Assembly: GCA_976226885.1 (NCBI GenBank)
Contig: OZ320314.1
Location: 49,166,001 to 49,230,000 of the forward strand
Direction: 5' to 3'
DNA from: Iphione sp. A-MEVVRFRX5
Lineage: Eukaryota
Length of the DNA: 64,000 nucleotides
Part shown: in pieces, positions 12,146-25,030 of the stretch
Layout of the letters: each line of letters starts with the position of its first letter
Position numbering within the stretch: position 1 is the first letter of the stretch
Program-made: the position numbers and the translations under genes
The notes under the pieces: model-generated
Told to the model about the DNA's origin: nothing
What the model saw: the letters and a program-made list of their open reading frames with translations, nothing else
The model's database searches: none

Positions 12146-14646
12146 AATGAAGGGATAGAGTGAAATGTCTCTCTGTTCACATCAACAGAGCGTGCCGCGA
12201 AGAGCTGCAAAGAATACGAGTATGAATATCGTTCCCGGTAAGAAAGTAAATCGTTTAGTTTTATGTTCTGTTGTACATAAGGATTGCGATGTTCTGAATG
12301 GTGATTATTTTTTATTCGAAATATGGAAGAAGTAATAGCATAATCTATTTCTTCACATCCTGTGATGATCATTCCAAAAGAGAACCTTCTAGACTGTCGA
12401 TAAATTCATATCTGTATCGTCGCGTACATTATGAGGCACTGTTCTACGATTCCCTCTGACGTGGAAGGCGACTCGGGTCGCATATGCCTCTTTGGTTATG
12501 ATTAACCTCGAAAGTCCAGTGAATGCAGGATGCCACTCGAGCCACTCATGTTACTAGCACATTTGGTGAGTGAGTCACAGACAGCGGTGCAGGATGCTAT
12601 TATCCAAATATTGGTCCTACAAGATAGGTAGCTTGTCTACTGGGATGGAGTAAATGGTGAGTGACACGTCCCTTTGATTATAGCAATGAGTGTACAGAAG
12701 TGAAATTGTCCTATTTTAGGAGCCTTTGTTTATGGACGTGCCTTTCTGCTGTCTGCTTTCTCTGTGTATTTCTATATTTTATATTTCTATATATATAACG
12801 AAATGTAGAAGGGAATACCAGTTCTCTATGTTGACAACGCTTAAATAGAAACCGAAAAGTGTGGCTGCATCAAGTTCACTTCTACATAAATATTGGAAGG
12901 GGGACAAAAAATGTGAGAAAGGGACTTTCAGCATTAACCAGCTTTACGTGATAATTATCGGTTTTCTATAGTCTGATCGAAATAAAATATACATGCACCA
13001 TCCAGACAACATGTGATATATACTGTATTCATGTGGAAATGAGGCACTGTATATATATGCGTTTAAATTGGTATCTTCAAAGTCTCGTTTTTATGGCCTC
13101 ACTAGTTCGACTGTGGTCCACCTTTAGGAGATTGGCTGAAGTGAATATCCTTTACAGTTGACACCACTGGACTGGAGGTAGAATTCAAATCGATAGCTGA
13201 CGTGGGCATGCGCAGATGCCGCGATAAGGGATGACGGTCGACGGTCTTTTATCTGTCTGCAAGGCCATGTATTATCCCTGTTTACATGCGGTTGCCACCA
13301 ACACTGCCAGGGCAAATTGAATCTTTCATTTATTGTAATTGAACAGCGATTTCAGTCTTTTTCTCTGGCACCAGCTCACGTTGTGCCGCGACTGCCTTTC
13401 CTGTTATTTTGAAGCCAGACGGGTAGAGAGGAGCGCAGTGTATCGATGTTAAGTGGCATTACTGACACGGCTGACCTTTAGACGCCATACTGAGGGGGCG
13501 AGGGTGGGGGGATTCGTCCTGTAACCCCTGGGGCGCCCGGCCATGCCCCTTGGTGCTGGCAATATGTTGCCGAGTAACGAGTTCCTTGGTTGAGTATTAG
13601 CTCGATTCAGTTCCGGTAATGCGACGTCAGAGGAAGGTGCGCCAGTAGGCGTTAGAGGGAGCTGCTCTGTAGAGGAGCGCGCTTCCTGTGACTCACGCTT
13701 CGAGGCGCTACCGTCGCCGAGGTGGGCGCCACCAAGGTGGACTTCACCTTCGCCAGAGGGTGGGTCAGGTGCGGCCAATGGGGCGTCCCATGCTCCGTTC
13801 AAGTCTCGCCTAGCGTGTGATGCCCGTCAAAGTCTTAGATGAAGAGATACCATACGGCCTACCCCAAGCGCCTAAAACTAATCGCCAACCTAGAGTCACA
13901 CACCACCGTTCATCGAGCACTATTTGCCTTAGCCAACGGGAGCCTGGGCTACAGACTAGGATGGTAAAGAGCCGCACATGGAAGCGGAGGCAGCGTCAGA
14001 GCGGATATTAAAGGCGGGCTGCGTGGCGACATTTTGTGTGGTCGGTGTCCTGACCTCCGTCCGTACAAACAGAGCATTCAGACACTCTTAAACCCGCACA
14101 CACGGTGGCGCTGTACTCGGACTGATGCTGCCAGGTCGAGCCGCCAAGGCGTCAGCCATCGTCATGAACTGCACGGCTGATAGAAAAAGTAGAACCTAAG
14201 GCCAGGAGGATTAGCTGTTTATGACTATCTTTTAAGCTGTGTCAGGCTTCAAAAGGTAATCTTTGAGTTACACAACTAAATAAAGCTGAAAGGAAGAAAG
14301 ACGGGAACATTAAAAAGGGAAACAAGCAGAGTATAAAAAGCTGGCGGCTCGTCCGTACATAGAGGTTCCAGGGTGTAGTCCATGTTCCATTATCATCCCC
14401 TAACATTAATTTGTACCCCATCAAGATTAAATGTCTTCCCAAAAACAATGGCGTGTAAATAATATTGAGAATCATCTGCTCTGATGAAAGGGTGAGGTAT
14501 TCCCGTTAGTGCATGTACACACATGAATAGCCGGCGGGGAACAAAGAGCACTTATGCCTTTGAGCAGCTTTGTGATGAGTAGCTCAACCTTCACTCAGAG
14601 GCTCGTTACCTAAAGCTTGATGAATTGAATATTCAGGATCGCAACC

Positions 14647-14685
14647 ATGGCGTCTCTTGTCGAGCGGATTGTTGCACCCAAGTCG
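14647..14685 (+). CDS. Candidate short first coding exon MASLVERIVAPKS (unassigned)
   Basis: Strong Kozak context gcaaccATGG, 13 open codons, then a canonical GTGAGT donor at 14686 (phase 0). No downstream partner exon identified. Confidence 0.2.
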
Positions 14686-15699
14686 GTGAGTTGCTCACGT
14701 GTTAAGCGTTTCTTTTATCCCATTGGCTCAAGTTCACTCGGGGAAGACTCACAGTTGCCATAGCGACCGATGCTCTAATCGGCCTCGGTTCTGTGGACGA
14801 GGGGGGCGGGGAGAGAGGGGGTAGCGCCATGTAGGCAGGTACATGTGGCGCCCGAGAGCGAGCGGAGAGGACAGCCAAGTAATGGGGTGGGGGTGGGGGT
14901 GGGGGAGAAGGTACAGGTGGTCTTTGTGGGATTCAATATGGACGCAGGGCTTGCTGGTCGACCGGTAAAGAAGAAAAATGGCGCCCAGTGGAGATGCATG
15001 CTGGCGGCAGCACATATGCTGCTGACATAAGGCAGAACTGTGAGTGTCATCTCTGGTTTCAGATTCTGAGCGGGAGGGAAACACATTTAAACAAGCCACA
15101 AAAAATAGAACATGGAACATAATGACTATGTATATACTGCCGTGCGATGTAGAGCATTTAAAATCCCTTTGATTCATCAAGTGGAAGTGAAAGTACATGT
15201 AATATTATATGTGTTGAAATTAAGATGGCCTTACTAGCGTATAAGGAATCCTCATCGAAAAGGGTTAGTGTTCATCAAAGCAGGCAACAAGTTCCTGAGA
15301 CACAACGCACATTGTACAGATGATTAATTGACCTGACCGTCGGGTGCGTTGTTCGTGATAAGCTTCATTAAGCCTGACGTCGTAAGTGTAGTTATTCCCC
15401 TCAAACTGTCATGATCATAACCCATCACCCCAGACCTGCCGCCACATACCTAGTGCCTGCCAGCGTGTTTTAACCCAGGACTTCGTTGGCCTGACGGACA
15501 TGTAAGCAGCCTCCTGATTGGCCATTTCATGGCCACGTGACCTTTTCCTGCCGGACTAGTCCCCCACCTGACAAGGCTGCCGTTGATGTTGTTCGGTACA
15601 TGCCCGCTAACGGCGTTTTATCACGACAGTCGCCCCCTGTCTGGCTAATACATGGGTAGACCGGGGAAGGTTGACAGCAGGGGGGAGAGGGACAGAGTG

Positions 15700-16500
15700 G
15701 ATGGGGGGTAGGCAAATGTAGAAGGGCGGAGAAGCTGTAGTTGACAGTAAGAAAGACTTTGTGGGAGGGAGCGATGGGGAAGGTGGCAGGGGGGGCCGAT
15801 CCAGTGAGAATAACTTGAGTCGAGGATGATGGGCAAGGTAGGTACTAAAGTCATCAACGAAGGGATGAAAGACAAGAGGGAGCCAAAAGGAGTACCTGAA
15901 ATGTGACAGGAATTATGCGTCATACGGAAGGGAGGACAGCTTCAGAAGGTATTAGAACCCAGAGGGGATTAAGTAGGCGGGAGCTGGTTCAGTGGCGGGA
16001 CACAAAGGAATTCCACAGTTGAGAGCAAGGATGAAGGCGTGAAAAGTGTCCTTAGGTCATGGATAAATACGCCAAAAAATATATAGGATGGCGACTCGTT
16101 CAACAAGGATGGTGAAACGGAGATAAATCACATATTAGACAAAGACGGCATACGGTGCTCGAAACAAGAACGATCAAGAAGTTGAAAAAAGTGGGTAGCA
16201 GGAAAAGTGTTCGACAAGGTAGAATCTTTGAGAGGCTTTGTTAGATTTGGAAGTGAGTGAAACCTTAGGGATGGGACAAATAGGAAAGAAAGTTACAGAA
16301 TGGCAGCGAGCATTGTTTGCGAGCGAACAAACATCGAGTGCACAGCGTGGTACATTACGGAGGATCTGTAGAGATTAGGCGACAAACAGAAATATAATGA
16401 GAGTTTTAAAAAAAGGGAAATTACTGGATCGCCTGAAGAGAAGACGGGGAAATAGACGTGACGAGTGTGCATGGACAGAAGATGGACAGGTTCCTTCGCC
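15700..16500 (-). mobile_element. Possible highly decayed Penelope-like RT remnant
   Basis: Minus strand is pyrimidine-rich. Fragments PVFSSGDPVISLFL, GIPLCPATEPAPAY and VDDFSTYLAHHPRLKLF fall in the order of PLE RT motifs (RPIVS..S, G.AMG..APSYA, F..YLN..HP.IKF), but no clean YIDD motif survives. Confidence 0.2.
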
Positions 16501-19500
16501 ACATCAACATGATGGATTCTTTCATGTTGTTCAAAACAAAGCTTTTCGCTGACCCTTATGTGATGATCTCACCAAATATGATATGATACTATAATTGCAA
16601 TATTATTATATAAAGTTACCTTTAAAAATATTGTAAGCTAGTAATTTGCTGGTAATTTATATCAGCTTGCCTTGTTTTTGCATATAGGTTTTGGCCCCTA
16701 TGTCCCCTGTAGATATCATATTTACAATTACGTTTCTAATAAAATGTGTTATGGCGCAGATTTTATGCATCATGCTGCCTAGAGTTGATGGATTATATCT
16801 TGTAAAAACCAGCAGTAGTCTAAGGAAGCGCACAAATGATTTTCATTTTTCTACAACCCTTTTCTGATGATCTCACCGAATATTATATAACACTATAATA
16901 ATATATTAAATTGGATCTTTGAAAACAGAGTCCACCACACTTCATTTCTCTGTAGCAGATGACAATTTTTGAAAAAAGTGATCTCCTATTCTTCACCTTT
17001 TTTCAATATCGTCTCCTTTATTGGTCCGTCTGCTAGGCGACAATCCACATTGCCTTCGAAGCTTCATATTATTATCATTTATTATCTACCAGACGATATG
17101 CCATTGCGGAAGCATAGAATACCTTTCACACCTTGGTTGGGTCGAAAAATGTATAATGAATGACAGGTAGAAGGTAGTTAAACGGATTTGAAGTAGCTAG
17201 AAGCGAGGGCGATGTGGGTGGAGATTACAAAACGGCTGAGGTTAGACTAAAAACATGTGGTAGGACGCGAAGTGATACTTTCAATCTATGGGATGTTGGC
17301 AGGGGAGGCGAGGCGAGTTTAGCCCGTCCAAGTCTGGTCGCTTACAACCCCAAACCTGGCACTTGGCAGCTGGACATTCGCTGGCCAAAGACGTGGCTCG
17401 TTGCCTCTTAAAAACAGCACCCTCTGCCATCCTCAGCCATCAAAACCATGTCGGTGTGCTCGTATATGTGTACTTGTTTACAGTATTTTTGATCGAGAAC
17501 CTTTTTTCCGATCAGGCAGGCCAAGATGTTCTATACCATCAGAGGGCTTCTTGTATGAACGTTACCCCACTTCACGACCTGCGACCAGTGCTCGGAAGGA
17601 CGGAGGTTCAGTCACCAGGTGGCAGCAACAGCAGCTGAGTCAGCATCTACTGTCAGTTTTAAACGGCATGCAGCCTCCCCTCCCCCACCGCTGCCAACCT
17701 CTCAGGGCTGTACCGCCCACAGATGTCGAAGTCTTAGAAGTTCTTTAGAAATGGGCGCCGTGCCCGGGCGCCTCTTACCTGTTGCAGGCTGTAGTATCGT
17801 CATAACCTTTGAATAACAGGAGCCGGAGGAAACCATCCAGGCTTCGCGGCAGTGATGGACGGAGGCAGATATCTAACACCTCTGGACGGCTGGCTACGTT
17901 TCGTTTAAAAGATCCCCCTCATATTGCTCTCAGAATTAAGTGGGAAAAGGTCTAATCACCAGTAGGTTTTGAATTCAAACGATTTACCTTGAAGTGTGGT
18001 TTGGAAGTAAAGATCATTCATTCCAGTGAAAAGACGAGCTGACCAAATTAAAAAAACAAGGACGCTCTGTCTCAAGCAGTATGGTTCCATCGTAACATTT
18101 TATATTTCTGATTAGAAAAAGCTATTCCGATGGTAGAAGTTAAAAGCATTCCAGTTTCATTAAAACTCGAGGTAATGCTGACATCGCGAACTGCTGATTT
18201 AGAATTGAAAGCTGATGCCACGAGCGGCCACGGTCCGTCATTAAGCATGTGTGCTAGTGCATATCTGGGGACAAAGAAACTAACAGTTCTAGAAGATTCT
18301 GGTTAAAGCTTAGGGATTCACCAGTATGGTCTTGTAGGCATAGGTTATCGTATTTTTGTGTCTGAACCTTTTTGATAGCCATGTTGATGCATCTCTTGCA
18401 CCTGTCAACAAACAATAAATACTTGGAACAGTAAACTGTTTTATGGGTTATGCGTAAATTCCACGTGCGCATGTAGGATGTAGCATGTTTTCATGACTCT
18501 GACGGCATGAAAAGTTGAACCCATGTTGACCATATGCAGAGTAATAAAATAGTAATAAAAGCAATGTGGATCTCTTTATCATTCCACCAGATTTACCACT
18601 GAAAACATTCATGCATGGCCATGAAAATTGGTATCTCCGAATCCAAAAACATGCTCTACACAGACATGCTACATGGTGCATAATCTATGTTTACATGGAA
18701 GCAGCCCTGCTGTAAATCTATATAATAAAAAAAACATGCCAAAACCATGCTGTCACACCTGTGAAAATTTGCACATGGATATTAAACCTTAGAAGGACCC
18801 TCTGTGTAACGACTTTGGTCTGAGGCGAGTTTGACCTATTACCGAAGTCACTGTGATATATAATGGCCTTTTCCTAATGCGGTTAGAAGTTGGTGATGCT
18901 ATTACAAGGGCTAGACTGAAAATGATCACCGCCTTTGCCATTAGCTTCGGCACATATAGAGGCTCACTTAGTGTTTTTAAGTCAATTGTAGGAATTGGCG
19001 TCATTCAGATGTCAGACAAGCAACCGTTGCCCGACAACACTGCGCCCCCGCCTGCTTGTGAAACACCTGAACTAACATGTACCTGATCCGCCAGCCAACA
19101 CTCCAGGAAAGCTCCTTATCGGGGCAAATAGCCATAAATCCTCTAGGCGCCATCTCTTCCTTGGAGCATCGGCTGTTTCTTTTTTACTACAGTCCCTGGT
19201 GGCAACAAGAGAAATGAAACTTTTTTATGAATGGTCCACGAAGCTTTTGTAGAATCCCTTTAAGTTTTTACTGGATTGATGAAAATAAAACGAAATTGCC
19301 TTTAACAACGGCGAAGTAGTTCTGTGTGTCCTAACGGCCACCTCCGATTGGTCATCACATATGCGCACTGACGACAGCCTTTTTCGCGAGTTTTCCTGCC
19401 CTCTACCGTCAGCTGTCAGTTCCAAAACGGCAAGCCGTCCGCTGTGACCTTTATGATGGCTGCAGGGCTGTGTTTACCAAAGCTATTGGGCAAATTTGGG

Positions 19501-19819
19501 TGCCAAAGCCAGATATAAGAACATATGGGAATGGCTCGTAGATGATAGAATGCCCTTTTCTGCCTAAGTAGCAACAATAGATAAGAACAATTCTTATTCA
19601 CAGAATATCAGTTTAACTACATTTGACTTCGCCATCATTAATTATTATTTTTTCCGCTTGACGAATCATGTCCATATAGAGATAAGGTTTTATTTCTTTT
19701 TTCTAAGACTAAGTCACTGCTCATTAGAACAGGCTGACTGTTATTTCGTTGATGAGCCATTCGCTCAGAATACGAATGTATTGTGAGGGAGTCCTATTTC
19801 TTTTCGTGATTACTTCCAT

Positions 19820-19960
19820 ATTGTTCCGTGTCCGTGAAAGATGTAGGCGTTATCTTTGGCAGCAACCTCCCCCACGTCCAGTGACGGGATAGCCTAAAGA
19901 CGTAGAAGCCTCGGCACTGATTAGATATCACAAAAAGGTCAGAAACGTCAGTGGATACCT
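19820..19960 (+). mobile_element. Decayed L2/CR1 LINE fragment
   Basis: SVKDVGVIFGSNL followed by YHKKVRNVSGYL resembles the L2/CR1 motif V.DLGVIFDSNL....KIR.YL. Confidence 0.3.
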
Positions 19961-22900
19961 GCCCACAGTCAGACAGGGCCAAGAGGCCAAAGGTGACGAC
20001 CATGTAATTTCTACATCATCAACAAAGTCTCCCCATATTTTGGATGGAGTATTTTGGTCAGTGGAGAATACCTAATCAGCACACAAATACGTTATATTAT
20101 CGTGTGTAATATCAGGAATTATACCCACGCCCACTGAATACAGAATACGGATAAACGTCAATCTTAAGTGCGATGTTTTCCGCTTCTTGCTACGAAATGT
20201 AAGAATGAAAGAAACTGTTTCATTGACTAAGATGTACATCTATGAAGGAAAACATTTCATAAACTAAGATGCTTCATGACTATGTACTCTTGACAGGTTT
20301 TTCAGAAACCTCCTGTTCCTTTCAAAGAATGGTATCCACAGGCAAACCAAAATGCTCCTCGTGTAATAAGACGCTAATTTCATTCTAACATTTAATGTAA
20401 TTGTGTATGAACAATGTAGACCAGCTGTTTGAGGTGACTAATAACCAAACGTTCCTCTGCAAAATGTAACTAGGCCTCTTTTACCTAATGTCCGGTTTTT
20501 CCCAATGAATGGCCGCTCCAAGAATTCCCTGAAGTTGCAAGAACAAATATCAAAGACGTAAGCTGGGACAGACCTATTAATTAGGAAAGATACGGTTCTT
20601 AAAGATTGTTCGACAGTATCTAAACTGTATTCCAAGGATGTTATAATGTTATATCTCTTTACTTATTTGTTCGGACAGCACCATTTATCTTAATGAATCG
20701 GCGTAAAGAAGAACCTTGTTCCGTAAGGGGGGTCTCCCTTAGACACCCAGAGGATTTACGCATTAAGAACTCATTTCTCTGCACATGTCCTCCAGTAGGG
20801 CTTGTGACTTGCTGACAGCGACCTGAGACAATGGCGGGGAATTACTAGCAGTGTCAGTGTACTGACCAAGTAAACAGGGTCCCCTTCTCCTGGATGGTTA
20901 AAGATGCTGTGTGAAAAAATACAATCTAAAGTATATATGTAAATGCATCTTTCTATCAATATGTCATTATACAGAGTGGCAGTTTTAGATATAGAGTCAA
21001 CACTTGCTTAGGAGACCGACCATGAGACTGGATGTTTTTGGTCACTCCTTAAGGACAGTCTCCACTGTGAGTTGGTTACCATATCACCTGGTTGGCCAAT
21101 GGGTTCTGACAAAGTCAGCTGGATTGATCATTAAGATAATATCATCTCTTCATGCAATAACTATAGAGTAAATCTGCTCTTCAGCAATGTTATATGTAGA
21201 GAATGACGGGATAGAGGGAAGGATTGACAGTACCCAAGGCGCATTTGTGGCATGTGCACTCCAACAAAAACGTTTCCCACATGTCACTGCGGATAACATA
21301 CAGTTAACCGACCACATACTAATTGCCATAATTATGGTTGTTAGTTCAGTGCTATCATATATTACAATAAATTATGGATATCTGAATATTCGAAAATACT
21401 ATCTGTAAATTACAGCTTGCAGGAAGTATTTTTATCTCAGTTATATCTATATTGTCCATTCCTTGGTCTATAAATGTTCGAAGGGATTTAGAGTGATAAA
21501 TAATACCCCCACAGGAACGACATGACGTCAATCTACGCCTGTGAACCTCTGGTGCTCTTAAAGCTCCATTTTCGTCGGTGTTGCTTAGCTTTTTTTGCGT
21601 AGGTTTTGTTGCTTATAGTCCATGGAGATCTAATATTTATCAGTTTTGGTGCAACATGTACTCAATGTATGAAATGAGTTATGACGCAAATTTATCAATC
21701 ATAAGCCAAACGCAATGCCAAAGTTTAAGATCTGTGTTCTGCTATAGTGGACGAAGTCCTTTTTGCCTTCAACCTTCGGCATTTAATACTGCAGCTGTAT
21801 TTGTCTTTTAAAGCGTTTATTTCTATGGACTGAAAAATGTACTACACGGTACGCAGATCCGTTTTACAATGCTCAATTTACACAATCATTATTACTATAG
21901 GGAGTTGGTATAGATTAGGTTTAAAAGAATATAGATGTGTTATTGTCTATTAATATTAAATGTTGTTGGCTGAGGCGCTTGCTATTGTCATTATATAGAC
22001 TTGTCGATGTCTAGATTCCTTTTTCTTAGTTTCAAATGTCACTGAGCACAGCGGCCCTGACCCATGCGTTCTCCATTGCTTACAGGTATGCTGTTTGCAG
22101 TATAACCTATGCAGTGGCACAATGGCCTATGTCCCATGTGCTCATAACATATTTACAGGCACAGCGGTTGTGCCCCATGTGCCACAGCCTAAAAAAACAT
22201 AACGTCCATCAACATGGGTAACTCCCCAATGGTATATGGTCATCTTAAAGACAGACAAAAACTGTTGGCCAAGAAAGTCGCTATGATAATGATTCTCCTT
22301 AATTAACTTACTTTAAATGACAATCTAAATTCCTTAACCAACCCCCTTTACATATCTACTAAAATACTCATATGAATACTGAGTAGCCACATTTGGTAAT
22401 CTTTTCCATAATCTATAGTAAACATATTCTATCTATCTCCGATAGCCCTCCTTGTTTGGTTTCATAATTTTTATTACCTTCCTGCAAGATCGATGTGTAT
22501 TTGTTACTGTTAGTTTTGGTGTGACCTTATTACAACCCATCATTAGCAAACCGTTTCTCCCTTATTACAGTGAAATCCTTTTCTACCTCTTGCAGGGTAT
22601 ATTTGTGATAGCCATAAGTGTAGATTATGATAGTCTGCCTTACTCTCATCAACCTAACGAATGAGTTTGACTTTGGATTCATGTTAACTACCATGGCATA
22701 TTCCGTCAGAGTAGACTTGGACTCATGCGTTAGGAGGCCCAGTGAAAGGGATTATTTTTTCTATGGCTACTCTGATGAAAACAATACAGTCAGCCATCAA
22801 TTTGGAGGCCATCTGTGAGACTAAAGAAACCTTGGGTCTGTTACGGTCTGATCTCCTCTGTTGTGTCTGTTTATATAGAATATGTCCTTCGTTCTGTTAA

Positions 22901-23209
22901 AATCTGGTCTTTCCCTTAGTCTGGTCTCCTCTGGGTTGACTGAACAGTAAAACCTCACATCAGCGGACTACCAGTGGAACTGGAGGAAAAGTGTCCATTG
23001 TCAGAGGTGTCCTCTGTGTCAAAACTACCTTATTGAGAATAGTCAATAATAAAAGATAAATAATCGGATCAATAATCAGAGTTTCATATTCATTTATGAA
23101 AAGAAACCAGATATGTACACTGTACATGTATAAGTTTTAATCTTAACATTAAGACGGTTCATATTTGATTGGATAAAAAATGTCTAAATCCACATGCCAT
23201 ATGTACAGC

Positions 23210-24560
23210 TTATGGTTTCTTAAAGAAGGATGTGATGGATGTCTGGACAGTCTTCTTCATCTTCTTCCTGGTGTTCTCTTCATTAAACACTTGGAGCATG
23301 TGAAGAAAAATATCCATGCTGTTGGAGAGTCCATTGGCAGCACAGTGTTCGTTCATTATGGCAAGACCAGTCACAAAGTCCTGAGTTCTCCACCTCCTCC
23401 TCTTCTCCCTCTTCCTCTTCCTCCTCCTGGCTGTATCCCTTGGCTTCCTGCACCAGTCTGTCCTCCCACCCCTTGTCCATGGTATCATGGTCAGGGCAGT
23501 CCAGGCCAAGGTACTCTTCTGGGGTGAGAGGATCACTAAGGCCAAGTTCCTCCTCTGCCCTTTTTACCAAATGAACCAGTGGCTAGTCATCATCATCTGT
23601 TTCCTCATTTAGGTGTCATCAGGTGACACAGGCTTGACACCATATCACCGGAAACACCTCTCCACTGTGCTTGGCTTGACCTGCCTGACAGTGCTTATGT
23701 TCCAGTTGATGGCTATCAGGACATCAACTGATCTGGAAGTGGTCAGGGGATCCTTGCCTGAGTCTGCTTGGCTGATGAAGTGCTGGAAAAGCTTCTCTTG
23801 GTAAATGTTCTTGACACAGGCAATGATCCCTAATCCAAAGGTTGCAGGACACTGGTGACATTAGCAGGCAGAATAATCACCTCACATTACGCAGTATCAG
23901 GTCCTTGGGATGTGAAGGTGCATTGTCCTAGAAAAGGGCAATATGATGTCCCCTGGCCTTCATTTTCTTGTTGAACCACACCAGCCATTCTTCAAACAGG
24001 ACAGTGGTCATCCATGATCCCTTGCTTCACCTCCAGATGACTGGCAGTTTGGCAGGGCCAAGGTTCTTGAAGTACCCGGATTTCTGTGCTTTCCCAAAAA
24101 CCAGCTAGGATCTTCTCCAATTCCCCAGTCTTGGTGCATCACAGACAGTGGTAGCCTGTCCTTAGCCTTCTTGCCTCCTGTCATATCAGAACCCTTCACA
24201 GAAAGGATCTTGTAAAGCAAGGCCCTGAAGAAGACCCAATTTCATCTACATCGTAGATATTCCTAGGGTGGAGGACTCCAGATGCTGGGGAAGTCTGCCC
24301 AGCCACAGCTACATCCAGGGCCTTGGCCTGAATCATAGGCCTTGACACAGGAATGTTCATTGATCTCAGTCTAGGAGGTGTACCTTTTCTTGGCACCGGG
24401 ATTGGAAGAGTGCTCATACACATCCAACAGCTCTGCCTTTCTCTTCAGGATAGAGGCAAATTGGGTCTTGCTTTCCATTCCTCCTTCACTTGTCTGCAGC
24501 CTCTGCCCTGGAAAGACTGACTGAGCTTCTCTGTTAGGGAGAGTATAACCCGGTTCTCCA
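23210..24560 (-). pseudogene. Tigger/pogo (CENP-B-like HTH + DDE_1) transposase, frameshifted
   Basis: Motifs in the expected order: ILSLTEKL / KTQFASILKRKAELL (HTH-psq), NIPVSRPMIQAKAL (HTH-Tnp_Tc5), NIYDVDEIG (first D), GGKKAKDRL, GKHRNP, NVTSVLQPLD*GII (QPLD motif) and C-terminal QTSITSFFKK. Confidence 0.9.
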
Positions 24561-24589
24561 CCAGTATGGTGATTGTAGACTGGTAAGAC

Positions 24590-24775
24590 AGCAAGGGTAG
24601 AGGGAAGGACAGCGGTGGCAGAAGGTACGACGATGGTGGGGGAATAGGGTAGGGCAGCATCGGGAGATGGCAGGACAACAGTGGAAGAAGGCATAAAAAT
24701 AGGGGTAGATGGTACCACAGCATAGGTAGACAGCAGGATGGCAGTGGCAGAAGGCATGCTGACAAGATGGCAGTA
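24590..24775 (-). repeat. Degenerate short tandem repeat encoding PS(A/T/S)TAVL-like units
   Basis: ORF 24371..24757 reads MPSATAILLSTYAVVPSTPIFMPSSTVVLPSPDAALPYSPTIVVPSATAVLPSTLAVLP, a roughly 7-residue periodicity. Confidence 0.7.
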
Positions 24776-24837
24776 GAGTGAGTGACTCCAGTGGCCAGCT
24801 GGAGGGGTTTATGTATGCTCTAGGGTACCAAGGCCTC

Positions 24838-25030
24838 CTCCAGAGTGTCAGGATGAATTTGCGACTCTACAAGATTTTGGTATCCATCAAAGGGGTGGAT
24901 GGCAGTGCCTTCTCCAGGGTGTCAGGATGAAGTTGCGCCTCTCCCAGGTGTTGGTGCACACCTAGGAGTGCACAGGAGCTCTTTCTCCAGGGGGTCAGGA
25001 TGAGGTCGTGCCTCTCCCAGGTGTTGGTAC
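24838..25030. repeat. Three-copy ~73 bp tandem repeat inside the Tigger 5' region
   Basis: CTCCAG(A/G)G(T/G)GTCAGGATGA recurs at 24838, 24912 and 24985, with shared CTCTCCCAGGTGTTGGT in copies 2 and 3. Confidence 0.85.

Noticed and set aside
19225-19601. Penelope-like HPNLP and RICDD motifs
   Set aside because: They occur in the reverse of the expected order on the strand.
23180-23804. Plus-strand ORFs 23180..23527 and 23613..23804
   Set aside because: Antisense shadows of the Tigger transposase.
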